Assembly: GCF_963921235.1 (NCBI RefSeq)
Contig: NC_086097.1
Location: 137,084,001 to 137,148,000, forward strand
Direction: 5' to 3'
Source of the DNA: Mobula hypostoma
Lineage: Eukaryota
DNA length: 64,000 nucleotides
Numbering within the stretch: the first letter of the stretch is position 1; every line of letters starts with the position of its first letter. The translations under genes were made by a program, and so were the position numbers. Shown here in pieces: positions 25,486-37,137 of this stretch. The notes below the pieces were generated by a model. That model was not told the origin of the DNA. It searched no databases and was given only the letters and a program-made list of their open reading frames with translations.

Positions 25486-25635
25486 TCCCTTCCCCTCCGC
25501 CATTAGATTTCTGAATGGACAATGAATCCATGATCATTACCTAGCTATTTTGCACTACTTATTTAATTTCATTTTTAAATATTTATTGTAATTTATAGTG
25601 TTTCTTAATGTATTGCATGGAACTACTACCACAAC

Positions 25636-26443
25636 TTTGGCAGATGGAGTTCAACCCAGATAAGTGTGAGGTGGTTCATTTTGGTAGGTCAAATATGATG
25701 GCAGAATATAGTATTAATGGTAAGACTCTTGGCAGTGTGGAGGATCAGAGAGATCTTGAGGCCCGAATCCATAGGACATTCAAAGCTGCTGTGCAGGTTG
25801 ACTCTGTGGTTAAGAAGTTGTACGATGTATTGGCCTTCATCAATTGTGGGATTGAGTTTAGGAGCCAAGAGGTAATGTTGCAGCTATATAGGACCCTGGT
25901 CAGACCCCACTTGAAGTACTGTGCTCAGTTCTGGTCGCCTCACTATAGGAAGGATGTGGAAACCATAGAAAGGGTGCAAAGGAGATTTACAAGGATGTTG
26001 CCTGGATTGGGGAGCATGCCTTATGAGAATAGGTTGAGTGAACTCGGACTTTTTTCCTTGGAGCGACAGAGGATGAGAGGTGATGTGATAGAGGTGTATA
26101 AGATGATGAGAGGCATTCATCATATGGATAGTCAGAGGCTTTTTCCCAGGGCCGAAATGGCTAGCACAAGAGGGCCCAGTATTAAGGTGCTTGGAAGTAG
26201 GTACAGAGGAGATGTCAGGGCTAAGTTTTTTATGCAGAGTGGTGAGTGCGTGGAATGAGCTGCTGGCGACGGTGGTGGAGACGGATATGACAGGGTCTTT
26301 TAAGAGACTCCTGGATAGGTACATGGAGCTTAGAAAAATAGAGGGCTATGGATAACCCTAGGTAATTTCTAAGGTAAGGACATGTTCGGCACAGCTTTGT
26401 GGGCCTAAGGGCCTGTATTGTGCTGTAGGTTTTCTATGTTTCT
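25636..26443 (+). pseudogene. CR1 LINE 3' end (5'-truncated) inserted in a Rex1-type 3'UTR
   Basis: WQMEFNPDKCEVVHFG...YRTLVRPHLKYCAQFWSPHYRKD...RGDVIEVYKMMRG; tail TTTCTATGTTTCT. The host 3'UTR continues on both sides (25490-25635, 26444-26695). Confidence 0.95.
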
Positions 26444-26477
26444 AACAACAAATTTCACAACATACACATTAGTGACT

Positions 26478-26664
26478 GTTGCTTTCCAGGCCTTATGGCA
26501 TATCGGGTGGCAATCTTGCCATTCCTTGTATTTTTACAAGGCTGAGTTGTTAGTTGAATGCTAAGCCCAGCATGAATGAAGAGTGCGCAAGGGGCCGGCT
26601 GAATTTGAACCTGGGACCACCTGCCTCGAAGTCCGGCGAGGATACCACTACACCACCGACCGGC
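26478..26664 (-). mobile_element. tRNA-derived SINE
   Basis: The minus strand begins GCCGGTCGGTGGTGTAGTGGTATC (A box)...CCCAGGTTCAAATTCAGCCGGC (B box), followed by a non-tRNA body. Confidence 0.75.
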
Positions 26665-26944
26665 AATGTCAGAGCTATTTAACCCGATTCTGATTTAGTT
26701 ATGCATGTTACATACGAGTAAATACAGAAACAAGCCACCAAGCCTAGCTGATTTACCACAGTATGAACATGAACCTCTACTCCCATAGTGAGACTATTCT
26801 CATACCCTCACAGACCCTACTGACCCCATCTGTGGCACTTACCATGGTACTGGTTTGAATATTCTGCTGTTCCTCCTAAATGCGCTCAAGGACTTTTCAG
26901 GGACTGCCTCAGAATAGAGTCATACAACATGGAAATGGGGTTTT

Positions 26945-27710
26945 CAGCCCTACTTTGTGTAATTGGATCCTCTATTTCTTCACTTGCAGACCCCAATCAG
27001 TTCAGATTGGCAAAGTCATCTCCATCAATACAGGTGCACCACAAGGCTGTGCCTCCTGCTCACTTTACACTTGTGACTGTGTGGCTAAGCACAGCTCCAA
27101 TAACATATTTAAGTTTGCTGACAAAACTACAGTCATCGACCAAGTCAAAGATGGTGACAAATCAGTATTTTGGAGGGAGACTAAAAATCTCACAACAACA
27201 ATTTCTCACTCAATGTCAGCAAGACCAAGGAGATGATTACAGACTTCAGGGAGGAGGAAACCAGATCCATCATCAACTACCCCCACCATCCAGGCCATGC
27301 TCTCTTCTCACTGCTGCCATCAGGAATGTAGTACGGGAGCCTCAGGGCCCACAACACTAGGTTCAAGAGCAATTATTACCCCGCATTCACCAGGCTCTTG
27401 AACCAAAAGGGATAACTTCACTCACCCCAACACTGAAAGGTTCCTGCAATGTATGGGTCACTTTCAAGGACTCTTCATCTCATACTCTCGATAATTATTG
27501 CTCACTCATTTATTATTACCTTTTGTATTTGCAGAGTTGGTTGTTGTCGTTTCCACATTGGTTAATTGTCTGTCCTGTTAGGTGTGGTCTTTCACTAATT
27601 CCATTGTATTCTTGAATTGACGGTGCATGCTCACAGGAAAATGAATCTTAGGGTTATATACATGCTGACACATAGTTGTACTTTGATAGTAAAAATTTAC
27701 TTTGAACTCA
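26945..27710 (+). mobile_element. Rex1/Babar-type LINE fragment (RT core and 3' end, internally deleted)
   Basis: LCNWILYFFTCRPQSVQIG..ISINTGAPQGC..SLYTCDCVAKHSSNNIFKFADKTTVI (decayed FADD motif). Confidence 0.85.
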
Positions 27711-28150
27711 TCCCTGCCAACAATAGTGCCCATCAAACTTGTCCCATTTACCCTCATTTGGCCCATATCTCTCTAACCTTTCCTTTCCAGGTACAGTCTT
27801 TTAAATGTTGTTATTGTACTTGCCTCGACCCCTTCCTCTACCAGTACCTTCCATCTCTGCAACACCCTCTATGTGAAGAAGCTGTCCCTCAGCTCCCTTT
27901 TGAATCTTTCCCCCCTCACCTTAAACCCTATGCCCTTGAGAGTTTAGTTCTCCTTCCCTGGGAAAATACTGTGCCCTTCATGATATTATACCCCTCTGAA
28001 AGGGCACCGCAGTCTCCCACTTTTCATGGAATGAAGTCTTAGACCGCCCAACCTCTCCCTATAACAGGCCTTCAGGTTCGGGCAGCATCCTTGTAAATGT
28101 TCTCTGCACTTGAGTTCAGTGATGTCTTTCCTATAACAGAAGTGTACACA
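27711..28150 (-). mobile_element. CR1 LINE 3' fragment, decayed
   Basis: Reverse of the CR1 3' end: CCTCACCTTAAACCCTATGCCC, CCCTTCATGATATTATAC, GGCAGCATCCTTGTAAAT. Confidence 0.7.
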
Positions 28151-28210
28151 ATGAAAGCAGTTTACCTATCCCAATCCAATTAATGATTTCCATAATCTTT
28201 TCTTCAGGAT

Positions 28211-28227
28211 TATATATATATATATAT
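28211..28227. repeat. (TA)n microsatellite
   Basis: About 8 TA units. Confidence 0.9.
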
Positions 28228-29370
28228 TCATTCACTCAAGGGGTGTTGGCTTTGCAGGCTGAACTAGCATTTAACTGTGACTCTGGTTTTCTCTGAGAAA
28301 GTTGTTGAACTGAATACCCAGCTGTGCCAGCAGAGCAGGTGTTGCTCGGGCAAGTCAGAGTGCAGAGGTGAGCAGCTACAGGTGATGGAGGTGGCAGCTG
28401 AGTAAGTTTGCACCTGGTGCCTCGAGGGAAGAGTCCTGTTCCTGCCCCTGACACAGTGCCCAGGGACCTGACACAAAGGGGACTGCTCTCCAGGGCAGAA
28501 TCAACCTTTAGGCAAATAATATATCCTGGCAACCAGCATATGAGGGATTAGAGGCCTGGAGACCACAAGATGAGCACAGGTTCTGTGTCTCCTATATTGG
28601 AAGCTTTAACATTATCTTGCACATTTTAAAAACTAGAATTAATTCTCCTAACTAAAGTGTTTGTTTCCACTGTTAGGACCCCTTCATGTTTAATAAGGAA
28701 AAGCAATTATTTCCCAGGGTTCAGTGTTCATGTAGGTCTGCAAGGTGACTGATGGTATAGGGAACCTCTTACACATTACTCCTGTTTGGTAAATATGAAA
28801 TTTATTGTGGTCAAGAGTCTTTTGTTCAACTAGCCATGCATTCTCCTTACAAACCTCAGTTACACTAAAATGCAACAGTTGTATCCAAACTTAGGACCTC
28901 TTATACTTATGTCTCAGCTTTTCTCTCTTCTTAAACCCTCAAAATAAATAAGGTGTCAACTTCAAAGGAAATAAAGACGTGGAGATTTAAGAAAAAGTTG
29001 CAGATAATATTTTCAAGTTTTGCTCTAAAAACCACAGACAAATTTATCTCCTGGCTGTGGCGTTTCTAAGCAGGATTCAGCAAAGGTTGGAATCGAGTAG
29101 GGAAGAAGGAAAAAGGAAAATCAGTATTCAGGTATGACCAAAACTGTCTCCTAAAAATTGTGAACTTTGTTTGTGTTGCACAGAATCAGCTCGTGGGGGT
29201 CTTTTGGCTTCTTCATCACCCTCCCCCAACTAATTCATGCAAGGTGTTTTGAAAATGAAACCACTGGTCCAAAGAATTGAGCAGTAGGAGTCCTACGTCT
29301 GTAACTGTTACTCAAGAGTCTGATACCAGCATCAATATTCCACATGTCACAAAGCTGCAACTTCAATCAA

Positions 29371-29395
29371 ACACACACACACACACACACACACA
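29371..29395. repeat. (AC)n microsatellite
   Basis: About 12 AC units. Confidence 0.95.
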
Positions 29396-30940
29396 GTAAT
29401 TAAGCCATTCTGCTAGCGTAGTTTTTAAACAGAGATCTCATCCAATCCTGAGCCATTACACTGCCCGACATTAACCCGGAGGTTAGTCATTGAAATTCCC
29501 TGCCAGGAATTTGGGGATGAATTAAACAATTTGAATTTTGACTCCATATCAGAATAGCTGATCTGGTAAATGCCTGCCAGAGAGTCCAACTTTCCAACTG
29601 AATAAAACCCAACCTGTTTCAACTGCCTCTTTCTGAAGATGAAATTTATACAACGCACACTGAAGTCCAAAAATTTGTTTGCATTGTGGTGAAAATATTT
29701 TTGGATATGACAGGAGCAAATGTGCAAATTTGGAAGTAAAATGCAGAACAAAAATCTTGAATTTAAACTCACAGATAACAAGGCGGCTTGAAATCCCAAG
29801 GCCACCAGGGAAACAGCATCTGTCACTAATTTAAGCCCACAACCAACAGTATGAAAGTGGTTTGTGGGAGCTTGCAGTGAACTGTCTGAGTGGAGTTAAC
29901 CATGTTACACACTGATAAACACCTGAAGTATTTTGTTGGCTGTAAAAGCACTTTGAACCACAGGTTACTCACACAGGGAAAAAAAGCTGTATTTAATTGT
30001 TTGATTCCCCAAGGTATCTTCCCGGAGCTGGACACATAGGCTGTGTGTGTGCAAAATTTGGCCAACATAGAGCTTAATGAAGACTTGTTTCTGTATGAGT
30101 GCCCAAGCCTGCCTCTAACCATCCAAGGGACAGCAAACACCTGGAAACAGATTGCAGACCGTTTATGTTCAAAATGTATTCTGGTCTCAGCTGTAGGGCT
30201 CCACAATCACAAGAACCTACTCCCCAGATCATAGACATTCTCCCATGTCCCTATGTTCACACATCAACCCTCCCACACCCCTCCAAGGGTCTCTTTACAT
30301 CACACCCCCCACACTCTGGGCCCATAATGTACACATGCCTCTCCTCGCTATGCCAAGGATTTGAAGCCCATTGCTTTTCTGAAGCCTTTTCTCTGGCAGA
30401 GGATATGTTCAGCTTTACCCACAAAAATGCCTGAAGCAGACCCACACATGAAATATGCTGGCCCACAATACAATCCACATATAAACAAGGCTTCCAGCTG
30501 GCAAATGAATTATAGGCCCCTGTCTTCTTTGTACAGTAGATGCTGAACAACCTTCCCTTTTGTGGATGTGAAAGATCCCACATCACAATTTTACAGACAA
30601 GGAGCCAATGTTTACCCTTCAGTCACCAAGCAACACAAGTAGAGAGAGGCCATTCGGGCCCTCATGCCTCCACTGGCATTCAGTTACACCACGGCTCACG
30701 TTTTAGATCAGTGCCACTTCTCGCACACCAACCCCCATTTCCCTCAATTCCACTTCTTATCCAAAATCTATCAATCTGTGCTGTTTATCAGTTTCCATGA
30801 TTTAAACACTTCCTTTGAAGAAAATGTCATAAGCTAAAACAGAACAGCACAGCACAGTAATAGGAACAGGGCCTTTAGCCAACAACGCTGTACTGAACTA
30901 AATGCCTAACCAAACTAATCCCTTCTGTCCATGACCCCTT

Positions 30941-31290
30941 CATAAACACAAGAGATTGTGCAGACTCGGAAAATCCAGAGCAACACACAAATGCTAGAGG
31001 TACTCAGTAGGTCAAGCAGCATCCAGAGAGGTGATATTTTGGGCACAGACCCTTCATCAGGACTGGAAAAGAAGGGGAAAGAAGCTCGACTCACACATGA
31101 AACATGCTGGACCACAACACAATCCATATTTAACATGGCTTCCAGGCTGGCAAGTAAATTCCAGGTCCTTCCCTTTTGTGTCAATGCTGAATAGATTCTG
31201 GTTTCTTCTACACACACCCCCACCGCCCTTCCTTTCCAATCCTGATGAAGGGACTCTGCCCGAAACGGTGACTGTATATTGCCCTCCATA
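30941..31290. mobile_element. Pair of inverted Penelope-like termini (30941-31084 minus; ~31200-31290 plus)
   Basis: CCCTTCATCAGGACTGG versus CCAATCCTGATGAAGGG. CACAAATGCTAGAGGTACTCAGTAGGTCAAGCAGCATC is the reverse of the motif at 32790-32830. Confidence 0.75.
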
Positions 31291-32733
31291 GTGTGCGAAA
31301 CATGAAATGTTGTGCAATATAACAAGAATTAACAACATATGACAACACTTACACAGCGTGCCTGCCTTGCTTCTCTCTCCCTTTTCCCTCCTTCATTTCA
31401 CCAGATTAAGGTCCGTTCACCTCACTGAGATTTCACTTGTGGCCTTCACCCTATCCAACCGTGGACATCAGATCAACCTGTCCCTGAAGTGAACTCACTG
31501 TGAACTCAAGTCTCACATGCCATCCCCTTAAAAAGTGATCCTAATGGCAAAACTAGGCATGGAGAGAAAAGTACAAACATTATGCTGACATCAAACAGAG
31601 ATCACGGAATAACGAACAGGTCTCACACTTACCCTATACACAGATTCACAAAGTGGGTGTCAGATCCAACGTCGAGGAAAGAGCCAATGGCAGAAATACT
31701 GCCCACATTGGATGTTAAAGGTGGGACTGAGACTTCCAGCCGTCCAGGAAAGGATTGCACAAAACAAGCATCAAAATACTGACAACAGTAAGCCTTTTCA
31801 TTGAAAAGGCACATTCTATCAATAAAGATAATGTTAGCTGCACAACAGGTCATACCAGTGGCAATATACACAGGAATAATTGCTTAAAAAAAACACAAGT
31901 GATCACTTGAATCTGGTCATGTATAACCTCTAGTCCAATCCAGCAAAAAGCTTCATGACTTAAAATGTCATTGCATTTACTTTAAATTCTTTGTTTGACA
32001 ATAGGAGAAAGATTTCCAGAAAATCTCAGCATGTTTCCTTGGCAGTGCATTTCTCTGTTTCACACATTTTTTTCCTCCTCAAAGACCCAACCTCCTAATG
32101 AGCCCATCCAACATTAGACTTGGTGGTCATTAGGTCCCCAATATCTGCATTTGTTTGGGAAGATGAGCATCGTCAACAACTGATGTCAGTCAGGTCAGCA
32201 ATGGGTTTGGAGAAGAGGAGACAGGGTGCGGGGAGAGACGATGTTGGTAATTCAACCACTGTTTCCCCTGAAAGCTTGTCTCTTCAGTCAATGTGCGCAC
32301 AGCAAGCTCCAAAACAACAGCCAGCTGATAATGAATAGAGTGAACCAGCACACCAGTGACCCCGCCCACATGCTCTTCTCCACTCATGTGATAGTTCATT
32401 ATTTCATGTCCAGGCACAAGAACAGGCAGAGTTTCATCGCATGTCTCCAGCACATAGCACTTCTGACAGTGCTGCACTCCCTTAGTGATAAATCTTTTGT
32501 TCAACAAACCTGCACATACACTCTTCAGACTCTGAAGTACAGGTGTTGTCTACCAAGAGTGGATATTTATTGAGTTCCCCCCACCCCATTGCCCAGTAAC
32601 CGAATGGCCCACTGAACCATTCTGGAAAGTATTCCTAGCTCCACTGACTCTTCTCTCAAGATGTTGTGGATTTGGTGTCACAGATAAACCAGGCTACATC
32701 CCCACAGGATTTATCTGACTATGGAAGCTTTGT

Positions 32734-32866
32734 CCCACCAAAGGATCTCGGCCCGAAACACCAACTATACTTTTCTCCCCCGATAAGTGCTATCTGACCT
32801 GCTGAGTTCATCCAGCATTTTGTGTGTGTTGCTTGGATTTCCAGCATCTGCAGATTTTCTTTTGTT
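32734..32866 (+). mobile_element. Penelope-like terminal fragment with 14-bp TSD
   Basis: GGATCTCGGCCCGAAAC...TGACCTGCTGAGTTCATCCAGCATTTTGTGTG, flanked by TATGGAAGCTTTGT at 32720-32733 and 32867-32880. Confidence 0.85.
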
Positions 32867-33080
32867 TATGGAAGCTTTGTGATTGGTTGTCAAATCTATC
32901 CATACTATCCTTTGGCCTTAACAGTCACATACTAAAACCTGCAGGATTTAGTCAACCAGATGGGATTTAATGAGAACCTGGTATTTTTTTAAGATCATTT
33001 CCAAATTCCAAGTTATCAATTTGAATTTAAATTCCACAGATATCAAGGTGAGATTTGAACTCAAGTCTCTGGATTGATTG

Positions 33081-34895
33081 GTTAAGACAAAAAGATTGGT
33101 TAAGACAAATGTAGGTCCCCTACAGACAGAAACAGGTGAATTGATTATGGGGAACATGGCAGACCAATTGAATAACTACTTTGGTTCTGTCTTCACTAAG
33201 GAGGACATAAATAATCTTCCGGAAATAGTAGGGGACAGAGGGTCCAGTGAGATGGAGGAACTGAGCGAAATACATGTTAGTAGGGAAGTGGTGTTAGGTA
33301 AATTGAAGGGATTAAAGGCAGATAAATCCCCAAGGCCAGATGGTCTGCATCCCAGAGTGCTTAAGGAAGTAGCCCAAGAAATAGTGGATGCATTAGTGAT
33401 AATTTTTCAAAACTCTTTAGATTCTGGACTAGTTCCTGAGGATTGGAGGGTGGCAAATGTAACCCCACTTTTTAAAAAAGGAGGGAGAGAGAAACCGGGG
33501 AATTAGCCTGACATCGGTGGTGGGGAAACTGCTAGAGTCAGTTATCAAAGATGTGATAACAGCACATTTGGAAAGCGGTGAAATCATCGGACAAAGTCAG
33601 CATGGATTTGTGAAAGGAAAATCATGTCTGACGAATCTCATAGAATTCTTTGAGGATGTAACTAGTAGAGTGGATAGGGGAGAACCAGTGGATGTGGTAT
33701 ATTTGGATTTTCAAAAGGCTTTTGACAAGGTCCCACACAAGAGATTAGTGTGCAAACTTAAAGCACACAGTATTGGGGGGTAAGGTATTGATGTGGATAG
33801 AGAATTGGTTGGCAGACAAGAAGCAAAGCGTGGGAATAAACGGGACCTTTTCAGAATGGCAGGCAGTGACTAGTGGGGTACCGCAAGGCTCAGTGCTGGG
33901 ACCCCAGTTCTTTACAATTTATATTAAGGACTTAGATGAGGGAATTAAATGCAGCATCTCCAAGTTTGCGGATGACACGAAGCTGGGCGGCAGTGTTAGC
34001 TGTGAGGAGGATGCTAAGAGGATGCAGGGTGACTTGGATAGGTTAGGTGAGTGGGCAAATTCATGGCAGATGCAATTTAATGTGGATAAATGTGAGGTTA
34101 TCCACTTTGGTGGCAAAAACAGGAAAACAGATTATTATCTGAATGGTGGCCGATTAGGAAAAGGGGAGGTGCAACGAGACCTGGGTGTCATTATACACCA
34201 GTCATTGGAAGTGGGCATGTAGGTACAGCAGGCGGTGAAAAAGGCGAATAGTATGCTGGCATTCACAGCAAGAGGATTCGAGTACAGGAGCAGGGAGGTA
34301 CTACTGCAGTTGTACAAGGCCTTGGTGAGACCACACCTGGAGTATTGTGTGGAGTTTTGGTCCCCTAATCTGAGGAAAGACATCCTTGCCATAGAGGGAG
34401 TACAAAGAAGGTTCACCAGATTGATTCCTGGAAAGGTAGGACTTTCTTATGATGAAAGACTGGATCGACTAGGCTTATACTCGTTGGAAGTTAGAAGATT
34501 GAGGGGGGGGATCTTATTGAAACATATAAAATCCTAAAGGGATTGGACAGGCTAGATGCAGGAAGATTGTTCCCGATGTTGGGGAAGTCCAGAACGAGGG
34601 GTCACAGTTTGAGGATAAGGGGGAAGCCTTTTAAGACCGAGATTAGGAAAAACTTCTTCACACAGAGAGCGGTGAATCTGTGGAATTCTCTGCCACAGGA
34701 AACAGTTGAGGCCAGTTCATTGGCTATATTTAAGAGGGAGTTAGGTATGGCCCTTGTGGCTAAAGGGATCGGGGGTATGGAGGGAAGGCTGGTATAGGGT
34801 TCTGAGTTGAATGATCAGCCATGATCATACTGAATGGCGGTGCAGGCTCAAAGGGCCGAATGGCCTACTCCTGCACCTATTTTCTATGTTTTTAT
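33081..34895 (+). pseudogene. CR1 LINE, 5'-truncated (1.8 kb), complete RT region and 3'UTR, few lesions
   Basis: PDGLHPRVLKE, QHGFVKGKSCLTNL, LDFQKAFDKVPH, GVPQGSVLGP, KFADDTKL, LVRPHLEYC. Lesions: short deletion near 33503, frameshifts at G-runs near 33776 and 34503, TAG at 34220. Tail TTCTATGTTTTTATG. Confidence 0.96.
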
Positions 34896-35214
34896 GATTG
34901 CCCAGACTACTGGATTGCCAAGTTGTTAATTTAGCTGCAGAGCCACCATGATACCAGGTAGACAGTGATGAGCCCACCCACACCATCTCAGCTCGGTGGT
35001 GAGAGGCAGAGAGTAACTGGGGCTCTAAGACCCACAGGGAAACAAAACCGAGTGCCCTCAGCTGAGAGGACAGTGACATAGTGAAACTTCCTTCAGCGTT
35101 CAGCTTCAGAACACCAGGACACTTTAAACAAGGCAAAGTCTGCTTTGTGATAATCCAATGCTATTCAATGGGCCAGGCAGACTCGTGTTAACAGACCGCC
35201 TTTCATTAAAGCAA

Positions 35215-35445
35215 GAGGAACATCAGGCAGGAGATACACAAGCTCAAAATCTAACACCACCAGGCTCAAGAGCAGCTGCTTCACTTCAACCATTCAATTC
35301 TTCAAACATCTGGCGAAACTCTAACCACTGAACTTCAGCGTTGCTATGAACCACCGTGCACCAAAATGTTTTCTTGTTATAGTTGTCTTTTCTTGTTAAA
35401 GCATATAATTTGTGTTAATATTTTTCTTGTAAGTTGTGTTCTTAA
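35215..35445 (+). mobile_element. Rex1/Babar-type LINE 3' end, decayed
   Basis: CATCAGGCAGGAGATACACAAGCTC...CACCACCAGGCTCAAGAGCAGC. Confidence 0.55.
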
Positions 35446-35508
35446 AGAAACCACAACCTTTTCTATTTCTCAGAGAATATTTTAATTAGACATTGCTACA
35501 ATAGATAC

Positions 35509-35959
35509 AGAGTACTGAAATATTATATTTATCCAGTTATACAGCTCAGAATGTTGGACAATATCTAGTAACAAGAGGAAACAAATTGAAGCAGCATAGA
35601 TGCGGTTTTTGAGGAGGATGCAAAGAATATCGTGGACGAAACGTATCTCTAACAAGGATGTCATGAACAGAGCAAACACAAAAAAGAGAAATAATGTACG
35701 AGATCATGAAAAGGCAACATAATTTCATTGGACATGTGATTAGGAAAGAGGAGTTAGAATGCACGGTAATTATGGGAAAGATTGAAGGGAAGAAAGCAAG
35801 AGGAAGACACAGACAAATGATGATGGAGACAGCAGCCAGAGAACTGGAAATGAATACCAATGAATTGATCCACTTGACCCAAAACAGGAGTGTGTGGTCC
35901 ATGGCAGTCAAAGCTCAAACTGGGCACGGCACCTGATGATGATGATGATGACGACGACG
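35509..35959 (+). mobile_element. RTE-clade LINE 3' end with (GAT)n/(GAC)n tail and 10-11 bp TSD
   Basis: SECWTI...EAA*MRFLRRMQRISWTKRISNKDV...FIGHVIRKEELECTVIMGKIEGKKARGR; ACAATAGATAC at 35498-35508 and 35960-35970. Confidence 0.9.
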
Positions 35960-36757
35960 ACAATAGATACTTCAAACATGGGAGGAAGCAGGCAAAACAT
36001 AGAATAACAAATAGTGGGAAAAGGGATATCTCTGCCACTGGACAAAGTCAGTGAATCCACTAACTAATGTGTATGCTGTGTTCAAACCCTGATTCTGGAC
36101 CAGAGTACCTGTTGGTGGTGGACAAGCTCGGTGTACTGGAAGGAGGTGTCCCACAGCACAGGGACTGAAGATGCCAACTTCTCCAGAGGCTGCATTCATC
36201 TCCTTTCAGCTGGCAGGTCAATTGGCCGGAGCTCTCCCGGCTCACTGGTAGAACCTCAACGCCACTCGATTGGTTTCATTCTGCTTGGAACTCTCGGACA
36301 GTGGGTCACCACACTTTGGCTACAGTCTGACAGTTCAAGCCTGCAGGATGGCAAATCTCCAGGGTGGTCCCAACACCAGCCACCAGGTATAAACCAGGCT
36401 GAAGGATGAAGGGAAATTATATCATACTCCCCCCAAACTCACCCTGTCCTCACATCACAGAATGCCTCCAACAATAGGCAAGTGTTCTACTCATTTTCCA
36501 CTATCATTAAAAGGAAACAATTAAATGACCCAATATTTTAAGGCAGTTCTGTCCAAAATAAAAGCAGAGTGCTGGAAATACATCAACAATTCCTCCCCCC
36601 GCCCCTCCCCACCACACCCCAGGTGCTGCTCGATCCACGGAGTGCACATTGCTCGTTACTCCAGATGCCAGCATCTGCAGTCTCGTGTCTCGCCCGTCTC
36701 TGCTGGAAATGGTTTCAGGCCAAAGACTGTTCTTCAGAACTCTGTGCTCCAATGAAA

Positions 36758-37137
36758 AGTTGTTCATTCATTATGTGCAGCATCGTATGATGTGGGCAAT
36801 CATGGTCTTTCCGTGACCATGATTGTTCTTGGCAAATATTTCCACAGAAGTCGTTTGCCATTGCTTTCTTCAGGGCAATGTCTTTACCAGACAGATGACC
36901 CCATCCATTACCAATTCTCTTCAGAGAATTGTCTGCCTGGCGTCAGTGGTCAAATAACCAGGACTTGTGTCATATGACCATCCACCACCTGCTTCCACGG
37001 CTTCACATGACCCTAACCGGTGGGGAGGGGGGATGCGAGCGGATAATCAGGTGCTACACCTTGCCCAAGGGGTGACCTGCAAGCAAGCAGAGGGGAAAGT
37101 GCTTACACCTCCTTAGGTAAAGATGTATCTCCGCCCC
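36758..37137 (-). mobile_element. Probable RTE-derived non-autonomous short element (SINE-like)
   Basis: AGAAGTCGTTTGCCATTGCTTTCTTC resembles the motif of RTE-partnered SINEs. It has a hairpin CATGGTC...GACCATG and a short (TGAA)n-like tail. Confidence 0.5.

Noticed and set aside
26590..26664. tRNA gene (also 16064-16135)
   Set aside because: A and B boxes are present, but both continue into SINE bodies and do not form a convincing cloverleaf.
31626..31790. Minus-strand exon ending at strong donor GG|GTAAGT
   Set aside because: The donor is good, but the peptide is unrecognisable and the acceptor is weak. It cannot be supported without transcript data.
33078..34797. Active reverse transcriptase gene
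   Set aside because: It is a 5'-truncated CR1 with a deletion, frameshifts and an in-frame stop.
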